Notes under the pieces: generated by a model
What the model was told of the DNA's origin: nothing
What the model saw: only the letters and a program-made list of their open reading frames with translations
Databases searched by the model: none
Shown: positions 29,569 through 39,138 of the stretch, one piece after another
Position numbering within the stretch: position 1 is the first letter of the stretch
Layout: each line of letters begins with the position of its first letter
Made by a program: the position numbers and the translations under genes
Assembly (NCBI GenBank): GCA_963668025.2
Contig: CAXXTH010000023.1
Location: 160,001-224,000, forward strand
DNA: 64,000 bases
Direction: 5' to 3'
DNA from: Candidatus Hydrogenedentota bacterium
GTDB lineage: Bacteria; Hydrogenedentota; Hydrogenedentia; Hydrogenedentales; SLHB01

Positions 29569-30228
29569 ATGACGGAATGGGAATATCGGGAAGCAATTTG
29601 TGAAGCAGGCCGCCGCATGTATGCGAAAAATCTTGCGGTGGCGACCGATGGCAATATCAGTGTGCGGCTCGGGCCAGACCGCTTCCTTTGTACGCCTAGC
29701 GGCGTATCGAAGGGCTATATGAAGCCCGGCGATCTCCTGCTCGCCGATGGAGATGGATGCAAGATCGAGGGCGAAAATAAAGTAACCAGTGAGTTTTACA
29801 CCCATCTGGCCGCATATCGGGAACGCCCCGACATACAAGCCGTCGTCCACGCCCATCCGCCTAAAACCATCGCGTTGAACATCGCCGGGATTCCCATGAC
29901 GGAGTATATTCTGCCCGAAGTCGTCTATACCCTGGGCAGCATCCCCACTTCCGAATACGCTACGCCCGGCACCTCCGAAGGGGCCGAAGTCATCCGGGAA
30001 CTCATCCGCGAATGCGATGCCGTCATCCTCGACCGGCACGGCGCGATTACCGTGGGACAGGATGTGTTCGACGCATTATATCGAATGGAGAAAATCGAGA
30101 CCGCCGCGGAAACGCTTTATATCGCGCATTTGCTCGGTAACATCCGCCAGCTTGACCCCGGGCAAATCGAGAAGCTCCACGCCCTCCGCGTGGCGTACAA
30201 TCCGCTTGCCCGCGCATATAGCCGGTAA
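29569..30228 (+). CDS. Class II aldolase/adducin family protein
   Basis: GNISVR, TPSG, SE..H...Y..RPD..AVVHAHP and HGA zinc ligands. Confidence 0.9.
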   Translation: MTEWEYREAICEAGRRMYAKNLAVATDGNISVRLGPDRFLCTPSGVSKGYMKPGDLLLADGDGCKIEGENKVTSEFYTHLAAYRERPDIQAVVHAHPPKTIALNIAGIPMTEYILPEVVYTLGSIPTSEYATPGTSEGAEVIRELIRECDAVILDRHGAITVGQDVFDALYRMEKIETAAETLYIAHLLGNIRQLDPGQIEKLHALRVAYNPLARAYSR

Positions 30229-30251
30229 TGAAGCGAGGGAAGGCGGTGCGG

Positions 30252-31307
30252 CTATTTTTGTGAATAGACCTCGCCAGTCGCGGGCGCATACTGCCAGACG
30301 CGGCCGGGATAAGGATGGGGCGGGATGCCGCCAAGCGCGCCGGTTTGCACTAACTCCTCCAGGCTCTCGGGCCAGCGCTGTTGCGCGTCACGGAACCGGT
30401 TCACGGCATTCTGGAGATACCGTTGAACCTGTTCGGCCTTGTCATCCAGCAAGGTGCTGCTCTGCACTTGGCCCGTTTGATCGATAAAGAAATGCCCTCC
30501 GAGGGGATCCGGCGGTTCGCTCTGGATGAGTCCCGCGTTGCGCAGCTCATCTAGTGACTGCGGCGCACGCCCATGCTGCTGGGCATATCGCGCCGCAACG
30601 CCATTCAGGGCGTCGCAAAGCTGTTGCAACCCGAGCAATTGCAGATTGCGCGCCGCCAATTCACGCATCATGGAATTGCTGCTGGTTTGATAGAGCTGCT
30701 CCCAAATGCGCTGGCCCACATCCGAGATGCCGTTCTTGGACTGTATCGCATAGGCCCAGTTGGCGAGATAATTCGCCTGTGCGGCGGGTGCGAGGCCAGC
30801 GGCCATCGTCAGAAAATACGACGCGGAGGCGGCAGCCCCTTCCTCCGCGCGCCGGTTCATGACATAGATTTTAGCGATCTCGAAGGGAATCTCGTACCGG
30901 TCAGGCCGCTTCACGCAACCGCGTTCGAGAAGGTCCAGCGCCTTGCCATCCGCGCCTATGGCCGCCAGCAACGTCCCGCCGAATTGGTACGCCCCAGTGA
31001 AGTAGGGGTCCAACCGCACCACCGTGTTCGCAATATGATCGAGCCACGTGAATTTCCGTTCCTGGCTGTGAAATTCCCGAGAGGTATATTGGATGCATTC
31101 CAGCCACAGCATATCGGCCACGATGCTGCTCATGCCCGCCGTGAAATGGTTGAGCAGCTTGTCATTGGGAAGATACAGCAGTTCTTCATCTGAAGCGCGG
31201 GAGCGCCCGGTGTCAATCCGCTGCTGGAAAACAGCCGCACTCGACAGCCCTACTATCAGCGCCAGCGGGGCGATAATGAACCAGCGATGGCGGGCGGTCA
31301 TGCCCAT
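30252..31307 (-). CDS. Pilin-ABC-associated (PilG-like) membrane protein with two GspG-like C-terminal motifs
   Basis: N-terminal TM; ADMLWLECIQY..LDPYF TPR-like part; repeated P.SL.EL...G.+...P.(D/H)P motif; last gene of the ABC operon. Confidence 0.6.
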   Translation of the reverse strand: MGMTARHRWFIIAPLALIVGLSSAAVFQQRIDTGRSRASDEELLYLPNDKLLNHFTAGMSSIVADMLWLECIQYTSREFHSQERKFTWLDHIANTVVRLDPYFTGAYQFGGTLLAAIGADGKALDLLERGCVKRPDRYEIPFEIAKIYVMNRRAEEGAAASASYFLTMAAGLAPAAQANYLANWAYAIQSKNGISDVGQRIWEQLYQTSSNSMMRELAARNLQLLGLQQLCDALNGVAARYAQQHGRAPQSLDELRNAGLIQSEPPDPLGGHFFIDQTGQVQSSTLLDDKAEQVQRYLQNAVNRFRDAQQRWPESLEELVQTGALGGIPPHPYPGRVWQYAPATGEVYSQK

Positions 31308-31323
31308 GCCTCAGCCCTCCGCC

Positions 31324-32088
31324 TCATAGGTCCTTATCCTCGAAGACCAGCGCGGCGAACGCCAGCGCCAAGGCGGTATATACCGCGCCATAGGCCATGG
31401 CCCAGCCCACATAGCTCATGGCCACGGGCACGCCATTGGCCGCTTCGGCGCGGATATTGAAATTGGATAAGTTAGGGACGATGTAGTACGCCGCCTTGAG
31501 GAGCCATTCGCCTGCCGTTCCTTTGAGTTGTTCAGGCAAATCGAGGAGGATATTGGTGGCGTGCCCCACAATATAGAGCGAAAATACGATTAACGCACCA
31601 AGCACCGGAGACGACAAGCTGGACATGAGCACGGCCACGGCGGTCACCAGCATCAGCTCCCAATAGCTGAGCAGCGCCGCCAGTAAAAACACCGTGTCCA
31701 CCGTGCCGCCCAAGAGCCAAATATACGCGGCGGACACGGCCAGCATAATAGCGGATACGACGGCCAGCAGCGCCATGAGGCCTGCGTATTTCCCGAGCAC
31801 GAATTCATAGCGATGTATCGGGCGGCTGATAATGGTATACAGCGTGCGCTTGTCGATTTCCTTATAGACCAGGCTCGTGCCCACGAAAATGGCGATGAGC
31901 GTTCCAAATACGGATATTGCGGCGAGGCAGATGTCCTTGACGATTTTGATGTCTTGCCCGACGCTCACCCAGCCCAAAGCCTTCGAGCCTAGAATCGCCG
32001 CCGCCGCGAAAAACAACAGCACATACAGCACCCGGTCGCGGACGGCTTCTCGGAACGTGTTGCGGGCGACTGCGATGATCCGGTTCAT
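31324..32088 (-). CDS. ABC-2 type permease (PilI-like)
   Basis: IAVARNTFREAVRDR, EIDKRTLYTIISRPI.R.EFVLGKY.G; about 6 TM helices; ends FEDKDL. Confidence 0.88.
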   Translation of the reverse strand: MNRIIAVARNTFREAVRDRVLYVLLFFAAAAILGSKALGWVSVGQDIKIVKDICLAAISVFGTLIAIFVGTSLVYKEIDKRTLYTIISRPIHRYEFVLGKYAGLMALLAVVSAIMLAVSAAYIWLLGGTVDTVFLLAALLSYWELMLVTAVAVLMSSLSSPVLGALIVFSLYIVGHATNILLDLPEQLKGTAGEWLLKAAYYIVPNLSNFNIRAEAANGVPVAMSYVGWAMAYGAVYTALALAFAALVFEDKDL

Positions 32089-33026
32089 GAGCGCGCCTCC
32101 TTGCCGCCTTGCTCGCGCATGAAATACTCCTCCAGCGATTCCTTCACGGGTGACAATTCGACGATGCGCCCCCCGCGCGCGAAGGCTTCACGCGCCAGTT
32201 GATTGGCTTCATCAAGCCCCGGCATATGAAAATGGCGGCCTGCTTCCGATACGCGCGTGCGCAGCGCCATGGGCGCGAGGGCGTCCACGGCGGCGGCATC
32301 AAGCCCATCCAAAATGACCTCCACCTCTTGCACCCGCTGGTCCAGCAATTCATCCAGCCGGCCTTCGGATGTGAGCCGCCCCTTCACCAGAACGCCCACG
32401 CGGCTGCAAATCTGTTCGACATCGCTCAATACGTGTGACGAAAAAAACAGCGTCTTGCCTTCAGCATGCAGGCGCAGCATGAGTTCGCGGAACATGCGCC
32501 GCCCGAGCGGATCAAGCCCGCTCATAGGCTCGTCCAGTATCAATACCGGCGGGCTGCCCACGAGGGCCACCGCGAACGCGAGGCGCTGGCGCATGCCTTT
32601 CGAGAAGCTTCGCACCCGCTGCTCGGCGATAGGGCCAAGCTCCAGCAATTCCGCTAGATGCTTCCATTCCCGCGCCCGCTCATGAGCGGGCATTCCTTGC
32701 AGGCTCCCGTAAAAATCCAGCGTTTCGCGCGGCGTTAAGTATTCATAAAAATACGGGTTTTCCGGCAGATAGCCGATGGCGCGGCGAGCCACACGGCGGC
32801 GCGCATCCTGGCCGAAGATGTATGCATTCCCGCGCGTCGGGCGCAGCAAGCTGCACAGGATTTTGATCGTGGTCGTTTTACCGGCCCCATTCTGCCCTAA
32901 GAAGCCATAGATTTCATTCTCGGCGACGTGCAGATTCAGCCCGGAAAGGGAATGGACGGCGGGGCGTCCTATATGGCCTTTGTAGACCTTGCAGAGATGC
33001 TGCGTGGAAATCACCTCGGAAGCCAT
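32085..33026 (-). CDS. ABC transporter ATP-binding protein (PilH-like)
   Basis: GQNGAGKTT, FSKGMRQR, LILDEP and SSH. Confidence 0.93.
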   Translation of the reverse strand: MASEVISTQHLCKVYKGHIGRPAVHSLSGLNLHVAENEIYGFLGQNGAGKTTTIKILCSLLRPTRGNAYIFGQDARRRVARRAIGYLPENPYFYEYLTPRETLDFYGSLQGMPAHERAREWKHLAELLELGPIAEQRVRSFSKGMRQRLAFAVALVGSPPVLILDEPMSGLDPLGRRMFRELMLRLHAEGKTLFFSSHVLSDVEQICSRVGVLVKGRLTSEGRLDELLDQRVQEVEVILDGLDAAAVDALAPMALRTRVSEAGRHFHMPGLDEANQLAREAFARGGRIVELSPVKESLEEYFMREQGGKEARS

Positions 33027-33053
33027 GCGAAAACCTCATCCATGCGGCTGGCG

Positions 33054-34889
33054 TTATTGAACCACAAAACCTTCTTTTTCCAGTTCCCGTTCGAGGTCCG
33101 CTTTGGATATCCCCGTAAACAGGACCGAGCGCGCGGGGTCCACGCGTTCGAAGAACTTGCCAAATTTGCGCCGGTGCAGCAAATCAGCCATGACCAGCGG
33201 GTCATCCGATTCCAGCAATTGCACGGTGCGCATGCGGACATGCTTGATGCCGCCGCGCCAGCCTTCGAGAGTGGCCATTACATTGGCGGGCAGTTCGCCT
33301 CCCCGGTTATGGGCCAGCAGAAACGCCACAAATGCGCCGCCGTCATGGCCTTCCTGGATGGCCTTGGTGAAGGTCTCTTTGTTGAACCGGTAGACGGCCA
33401 CTTGCCCCGAACTGGCGCGTATGGCGAACTGATCGAGCGGAACGGTCAGCAAAGGATCCATATCTTGAACCGGGACGACGATATCGAAATTAGGCTGCAC
33501 CACGATCTCCGCCTCGCGCTCGGGAAATGCATCCGCCAATGAGCTGAAATCGCCGCCGGACAGCAAGCAATGCCCGAGGGGGCTCAGGCGGAATACGCTT
33601 TCACCGTCCCATTCGCCGCGATCCACCACGCCCATCCAAAGCAAGGTTTCTTCCAGCGAACGGGCCAGGCTCCGTTCCATGTGCGCGGAGACGGATGGAT
33701 TGATGTAGCGCCAATGGCCTCCCGCGTTGCGCAGCACCGGCTGCTCATGCTCGGAGTTCGCCGCCATGACATGCCGGATGAAATCCACGGCGGGATACCA
33801 TGCGCCTGGCCGGAGTTCATCCAGAAAAGAAACCAGCGCGCGCCGGGAATCTTCCTCCCCGCCGCGCTGCATCAGCCAGTCAAAGAGCAAGCGCTGCCGT
33901 TCGATGCGGCTCATGCCAAGCAGCGGCTCGATGCCGCCCGCCCGCAACTCATTGTCCACCCGGGCAATCCAATCCACGCCCTGCGCCACCCACAGGCAGG
34001 TGCTCAGCGGCGGATCTTCGTCTTGCGGGCAAATCTCTTCGAGACGCCGCCGATCTTCGCGGAACAGGTCGCCATCACTCCGCAAGCGCGCGGGATGGGC
34101 CGCCACAGCCGCCACGAGCCGGCATACGCTCTCCGAGAACGCCAGCCCACGGCTGTCGATCTGGCTTGGCTCGCCCCGAAGCGGCTTGAGCGCCTTTTCT
34201 TGTTTCCGATGGGCGGAGCCTGCCTCACGCCACTGGCGAATCTCCGATAACAGCGCCACGGCGCGCACCAGGCGCTCCTCCGAATCGAAGCGGAATAACT
34301 CGAATAGGGCAAGGCCCTGGACTAATTCGGCAAGCGCCTGCTCGACCTCATATTCCGAGCCGCCATGCTCGGTGCGCAGCACGGAAGCAGGCAGAATGCC
34401 GTCTTCCGATTGCCAAACCACGTCGAAAACCTCTTGCGCGGCCGTCGAGAATCCGCGCGTCGCCACATATTCGATGACGGTTTCCGGGTGGATGTAATAC
34501 CGCTCGACCAATTCCTCCGCCGCGGCTTTCTTGCCGCCGGGGCGTTCGATGCCCACTTGCTCCTCGATGCGCCGGAACTCGTGGGGATTGAGCGTCTTGA
34601 GCAGGCGGAACAGGGATGGAATATCGCCATGGTTTTCCAGGCCCTCGGCGATGCGCTTGATGGCCCCCGCGCCTTCCGCCACAAGCTTCACCTTGGTGAG
34701 GTCCAAGAAAAAGAGCTGATGGTTAATATCCACCAGATATTCGATTTCTTCCTCGGGAACCTCGATTTTCTTGGCCAGAAATCGCACCGTAAGGCCCGAA
34801 CGGCTGTTCAAGGCGAGTTCCTGGCCAATACGAAACGCGGGACGGCTCATCCCCTCGAGCGAAGTAATTAGACTTGCTGCGTGCCGCAT
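33054..34889 (-). CDS. Helicase-associated (XPB/Ssl2-associated, Helicase_C_3-like) domain protein
   Basis: C-terminal IVVQPNFDIVV..YRFNKETFTKAI..G..LPANV..L..W; no helicase motifs; SD before MRHAAS. Confidence 0.75.
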   Translation of the reverse strand: MRHAASLITSLEGMSRPAFRIGQELALNSRSGLTVRFLAKKIEVPEEEIEYLVDINHQLFFLDLTKVKLVAEGAGAIKRIAEGLENHGDIPSLFRLLKTLNPHEFRRIEEQVGIERPGGKKAAAEELVERYYIHPETVIEYVATRGFSTAAQEVFDVVWQSEDGILPASVLRTEHGGSEYEVEQALAELVQGLALFELFRFDSEERLVRAVALLSEIRQWREAGSAHRKQEKALKPLRGEPSQIDSRGLAFSESVCRLVAAVAAHPARLRSDGDLFREDRRRLEEICPQDEDPPLSTCLWVAQGVDWIARVDNELRAGGIEPLLGMSRIERQRLLFDWLMQRGGEEDSRRALVSFLDELRPGAWYPAVDFIRHVMAANSEHEQPVLRNAGGHWRYINPSVSAHMERSLARSLEETLLWMGVVDRGEWDGESVFRLSPLGHCLLSGGDFSSLADAFPEREAEIVVQPNFDIVVPVQDMDPLLTVPLDQFAIRASSGQVAVYRFNKETFTKAIQEGHDGGAFVAFLLAHNRGGELPANVMATLEGWRGGIKHVRMRTVQLLESDDPLVMADLLHRRKFGKFFERVDPARSVLFTGISKADLERELEKEGFVVQ

Positions 34890-35040
34890 CCACCCACCTC
34901 GGTTTAGCCATACCCCTATAACGTGCGAAAAATGTAAATAAACTACAGTATATCGCACAAAAACCTTGGTGGCAAGGGGGTTTTGCATTAATTTCACGTA
35001 AAGAGGGAATTATACTAGTGAAAGTGGCCCAAAATGATCT

Positions 35041-35226
35041 GGCCATGGCCAAAGATCCGGATTCTGAACCACTAATAAACACCAAAGCTCTCCAATAATA
35101 CCCGTTCTGCTTTTCCACCGATTACACTGATGATGCCCAGAAAAAGTGCATAGCAGGAATGCCGCTTCCCATTGGTTTTGATTGGCGCTATTCGTGGTTG
35201 GGAAGTAGGGTGGGGCTTGCCCCACC
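35041..35226 (-). repeat. Expanded reverse-oriented copy of the composite GTAG REP module
   Basis: GTAGGGTGGGGCTTGCCCCACC at 35205-35226; imperfect IR arms at 35068-35097 and 35171-35199; CCAAAGATCCGGATT tail. Confidence 0.65.
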
Positions 35227-35464
35227 GCCCATGGATACACCTATATATACTTGGACATATCTATTTGTTATGGAAACATTTCTCAGGAAAACCCTTGCAA
35301 GAAAAGGGTGCAGCTCTGTTATTACCGCTCCATTCGCCTTGCCGAGAGATAGCCGCAACTTATTTGGAGCCGTTCTTGGGCGCACGGATGAACCAACATA
35401 CATGGTGGATTTGCCCCACCGGCTAATAGCATCCGTTCTATAAAACCCCGTAAACTACCTCCTT

Positions 35465-35517
35465 GTCATTCCCGCGAAAGCGGGAATCCAGTGCAAATTC
35501 TCTGGATCCCCGCGTTC
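35465..35517 (+). repeat. GTCATTCCCGCG-type REP palindrome, left part; interrupted by the IS, remainder at 37357-37371
   Basis: GTCATTCCCGCGAAAGCGGGAATCCAG..CTGGATCCCCGCGTTC | IS | GTTCGCGGGGATGAC. Confidence 0.85.
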
Positions 35518-37356
35518 GGGCCTGTCGATTAAGCAGCCGCCTCGATAGGGTATATCTCCACCGCATCGACAGGAATGCGCCGGGGATGCCGATTCGACGT
35601 TATTCGTGGGAAAAAAGCATAGGCTACGGCTCTAGCTGCGGCATGAAGCCCCGCCAGGACCGTGTTTACGCCAGGATGGCCGCCTTGGGGGAAGCCGGTG
35701 GCCATGTTTGCCTTGCGGGCCAGAAGTTTTTTGAGGGTATACGCGGTGCAAATCCAGGACCAGTCGCACCGGACTTTCTCCAGGCCGCGCCGGGCGAAGC
35801 GGCGGATGCCCATGCACGACTTGATGACGCCGAACAATCCTTCGATCCCCGGGGCGCGTTTCTTGTAGATGGCCCGGCCTTCTTCGGTCTTCATGCGCTC
35901 GTCCGCGGCCTCGCGCAGCGGTTCGTGTTCGTCGCGGGTGATGGTCCGGTGCGTGGCCTTTCCTTTGATGCATTGCCCCGCCAGCGGGCAGCCGGGGCAG
36001 GCTTCGCATTGGTAGGTGGCGTATGAAACGCCGTCTTTGTCCGTGCCGTGTTTCGAGGCCGCCATCTCGTGGCCCATGGGGCAATGGTAGGAGTCGGCTT
36101 GTTCGTCGTACACAAATGCGGTGCGGGCGAACTGGCCGCCTTGTTTGGGCAGGCGTTCCACCGCTTCTTGGGCCACGGGAAGCGCGGGCTCGGGGCGTTG
36201 AGCCGGATTGTCCGCCCCAGAGGCCGAGCGGGTGGGCATGTAGGCCTCTATCCCTTGGGCCTCAAGGGCTTCGAGCACTTGGCCCGCGGCAAAATTGCCG
36301 TCGGCGGCGATTGCGCAAGGCTTCTCGCCCGTAAGGGCTTCAACGGCCTCCACCGCCGGGCAAACGGCGCTGGCCTCGTCGGAACCCGCCAGCACATCAT
36401 CATAGAGGATAGCGCCTGTTTGCGCGTCAATCGCGGCCACGGGGGTGTAATTCGGCGCGTAGCCCCCTTCTTTGTTGGGGGTGATTTGGGAGTCCGGATC
36501 GCTCACGGGCACTCGGACGGGTTTGGCGTTCTTGCCATTGTGCTCTTGGGACTTCGCGTCTCGCCTGCGGGCGGCGTCGAGGGCTTTTTGAAGCTGTTTG
36601 CGTTTCGTTTCGAGCCGCGCGATTTCCTGGCTGGCCTTTTCCAACTGTTCCGCAACGTCTCCATCCGGCTCCATGCCCGCCAGAAACTCGGTTTCAGGAA
36701 GGGCTTGGGCATCATTGCGCCGCATTTCCTCCATCCGGCGGTCCAGTTCCCTTATAATCTTCTCGATGGTCCCGGCCGTGCGCGCCCCGTGGCGGTCGCT
36801 GTCGGCCCGCAAACGGGTGCCGTCGATGAGCAATTCCAATAGCGGCTTCTCGCGCTCACCTAGCAGGAGCTGGGCGATTTGCCGCTTCAACTCGTCGATG
36901 GCTTTGGCGTGGCGCACCCGGAATTTGGCGAACGTGGAGTGATCGGGCGTGAACCCTTCAAGGAACCATATGAAATCCAGGTGCTTGCACGCCGCCATTT
37001 CCAGCTCGCGCGACGAACGCACGCGGTGCATCAGCCCGTACAGGATAGCTCCCGCCAGGTAATGTGGATGGATCGGCGGCTGGCCAACGCCCACATAGGC
37101 AGCCTCCCAAGCGCTCCAATCCAGTTCATCCAAAATCCGTGCGAATATCCGGATGGGCGCATCCGCCGGGAGCATCTCGTCCAGATACTGGGGATACAGC
37201 ACCATTTGATGCCGCTGCGCCTTCGGAGTGGCGAATAGAATGTCTCGTGCGTTCATGTGGGTTTCCCTGGTGACACCAATAATAAATTCTATTCTACTAG
37301 AAATCGAGTTATATGTCTATATAAATTCTACCCCGGCGCACTACATCGACAGGCCC
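35518..37356 (-). mobile_element. IS1182-family insertion sequence
   Basis: 12-bp terminal IR GGGCCTGTCGAT/ATCGACAGGCCC; 4-bp GTTC direct repeats at 35514-17 and 37357-60; single transposase ORF. Confidence 0.92.
35529..37256 (-). CDS. IS1182-family DDE transposase
   Basis: GQPPIHP..LYG...RSSRELE..PDHSTFAKFR N-domain; IDGT, ADGNF, CPMG..C..CPL..C and IEGLFGVIK..G.RRF..RG..KV. Confidence 0.92.
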   Translation of the reverse strand: MNARDILFATPKAQRHQMVLYPQYLDEMLPADAPIRIFARILDELDWSAWEAAYVGVGQPPIHPHYLAGAILYGLMHRVRSSRELEMAACKHLDFIWFLEGFTPDHSTFAKFRVRHAKAIDELKRQIAQLLLGEREKPLLELLIDGTRLRADSDRHGARTAGTIEKIIRELDRRMEEMRRNDAQALPETEFLAGMEPDGDVAEQLEKASQEIARLETKRKQLQKALDAARRRDAKSQEHNGKNAKPVRVPVSDPDSQITPNKEGGYAPNYTPVAAIDAQTGAILYDDVLAGSDEASAVCPAVEAVEALTGEKPCAIAADGNFAAGQVLEALEAQGIEAYMPTRSASGADNPAQRPEPALPVAQEAVERLPKQGGQFARTAFVYDEQADSYHCPMGHEMAASKHGTDKDGVSYATYQCEACPGCPLAGQCIKGKATHRTITRDEHEPLREAADERMKTEEGRAIYKKRAPGIEGLFGVIKSCMGIRRFARRGLEKVRCDWSWICTAYTLKKLLARKANMATGFPQGGHPGVNTVLAGLHAAARAVAYAFFPRITSNRHPRRIPVDAVEIYPIEAAA

Positions 37357-37689
37357 GTTCGCGGGGATGACAGGCAGGCGGTTTTGCGTTATTTCTTCAA
37401 TACGTACACATGATAATTCTTCCAGGAGCGGTAATAACAGAGTTACACCCTAAGAAAACAACGTTTTACCAGATAGTACGAAGCAAAAAAACGGTATGAT
37501 CATTGCCAATGTTTGCCTCTCGAAACGGTGTTCAGTCCATGATATGGTGAATAGCGTCTACAGAAAAACCTCGTACTACTAACAAACAATATCTTGTTTT
37601 CTTGCATATATTTTCTGTGTAAGTCAAATAGAATCAAATTGTTATAGCATACCTTTTAAATAGTGCATTAGTTGGCTCTTCCTTTGATT

Positions 37690-37786
37690 GGTGGGGCAAG
37701 CCCCACCCTACCCCTCGAAATTTTAGTGTGTTTAGTGTATTTCGTGGTTAAATCTGGATCTTTGGTTGCGGCTATGCCGCGCTAGG
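37690..37786 (+). repeat. Composite GTAG-type REP module
   Basis: GGTGGGGCAAGCCCCACCCTAC..TTTAGTGTGTTTAGTGTATTTCGTGGT..ATCTTTGGTTGCGGCTATGCCGCGC. Confidence 0.8.
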
Positions 37787-37850
37787 TTCGTAGTGAAAAA
37801 TCCGGCTCTTCAAATTCTGATAAAATGAACCGCTACATGGTAGTCTCCCC

Positions 37851-37913
37851 AAAAAGGGTGTCCCAAAGGGACAACCCGCCACAACAAAGCGAAGCGGCCT
37901 CAATGAGGCCGCT
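37851..37913 (-). terminator. Tandem hairpins; intrinsic terminator after the pilin-like gene
   Basis: On the minus strand AGCGGCCTCA-T-TGAGGCCGCT, then GGGTTGTCCC-TTT-GGGACACCC-TTTTT. Confidence 0.65.
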
Positions 37914-37941
37914 CAAGTATTGCGCTATATGCTTGCGCACG

Positions 37942-39030
37942 TTATCCCTCTTGATTGAAGATCACCGGGCCGAAACCGCGCGTGCCATCCGGCAGGAGCG
38001 TCAGATCAGTTTCCGGAGTGACGGATACCGAATTCAGGCTGTTGGCCTCTTTCTTGCGCCGCGCCTGGTAATCGAAATCAAATTTGCCGTTGCCGTCCGC
38101 ATCGCGCGTGGCCAGGTAATAGGTGCGCAACGCAAGGGCCTGATACGGGCTGGCTTTAGCGTCATTAGTAGGCAGCGAATCGATAAATTTTTTTTCTAGC
38201 GATGTGGTGCTTGCCGCAGTAAGATCCGGTGACTCAAGCCCAGCAAATGAGCCTTGCGGCCCTGCCGATATCAGCACATAGGCATCGTAACGCGGCGCAA
38301 CCAAAGTCTTAATGTATTTACCCAAATTGCCGTTTGTTTGATCAACTTCCTCGCCTCTGGGCCAGATACTGCCATTCCAGCCATAATAATTGGTGGTGCC
38401 TTCGACAGTAAAGTCGGGTTTTAGCTTAATAAGCCCTTCCAGGCGCTTGAACGTATCGATATTCACCGGAGCATACAGATAGGGAAGATCACCTTCTTCA
38501 TAATCTTGGTAGTTGGAAGTAGGATAGATTTTAAATAAATGATCATTCTTCGGGTTGTTATTGACGAAACTCATGAACGGCTCTACGGGAGAGTACTGCA
38601 ATCGGGGAATAACCTTAGGCAATTGCAATAAGTCGCTATACCGGTCATATTGCTCTGTCGAGCCATACAGGTTTAGCGCGCCCATATAGGGGATGAAGTT
38701 GTACATCAACGGGCTGTTTGTATTGTTCCACGTGACACCGTTTTTATCCGTTCCGCCAACCCACTTATGGGTGGTTGTATTAAACGTGGGCTGGGTTTCA
38801 TGGGAATACCAGGTCCGGAAGCCGTAGGCAAGCGGATAGGTATTGTTTTCGGCGTAATAGGCGGCCATGCCGTTGCGGATCGAGTTGAAGTCCGCGGTGA
38901 CATCCGCGAGATTGGCCCGCTCGATGACTCCCGGCAATGCGGAAGCGGTGATGCCCGCCAAGATGGCGATAATGGCGATCACGGTGAGCAGCTCGATGAG
39001 CGTGAAACCGTAGGTGCGGCGAGTTCTCAT
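37942..39030 (-). CDS. Prepilin-type N-terminal cleavage/methylation domain protein (large pilin/pseudopilin)
   Basis: Class III signal MRTRRTYG|FTLIELLTVIAIIAILAG; GGAGG SD. Confidence 0.88.
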   Translation of the reverse strand: MRTRRTYGFTLIELLTVIAIIAILAGITASALPGVIERANLADVTADFNSIRNGMAAYYAENNTYPLAYGFRTWYSHETQPTFNTTTHKWVGGTDKNGVTWNNTNSPLMYNFIPYMGALNLYGSTEQYDRYSDLLQLPKVIPRLQYSPVEPFMSFVNNNPKNDHLFKIYPTSNYQDYEEGDLPYLYAPVNIDTFKRLEGLIKLKPDFTVEGTTNYYGWNGSIWPRGEEVDQTNGNLGKYIKTLVAPRYDAYVLISAGPQGSFAGLESPDLTAASTTSLEKKFIDSLPTNDAKASPYQALALRTYYLATRDADGNGKFDFDYQARRKKEANSLNSVSVTPETDLTLLPDGTRGFGPVIFNQEG

Positions 39031-39138
39031 GGGTAATTAACCTCCAATTGGGACAAGGCGGCGCTTCGCGCGCCACACCGGCCCCCGCTACACGGCATGC
39101 ATGCAGGAAGGCCGCTGGCCCGCCTGCCGCGCCGCCGA

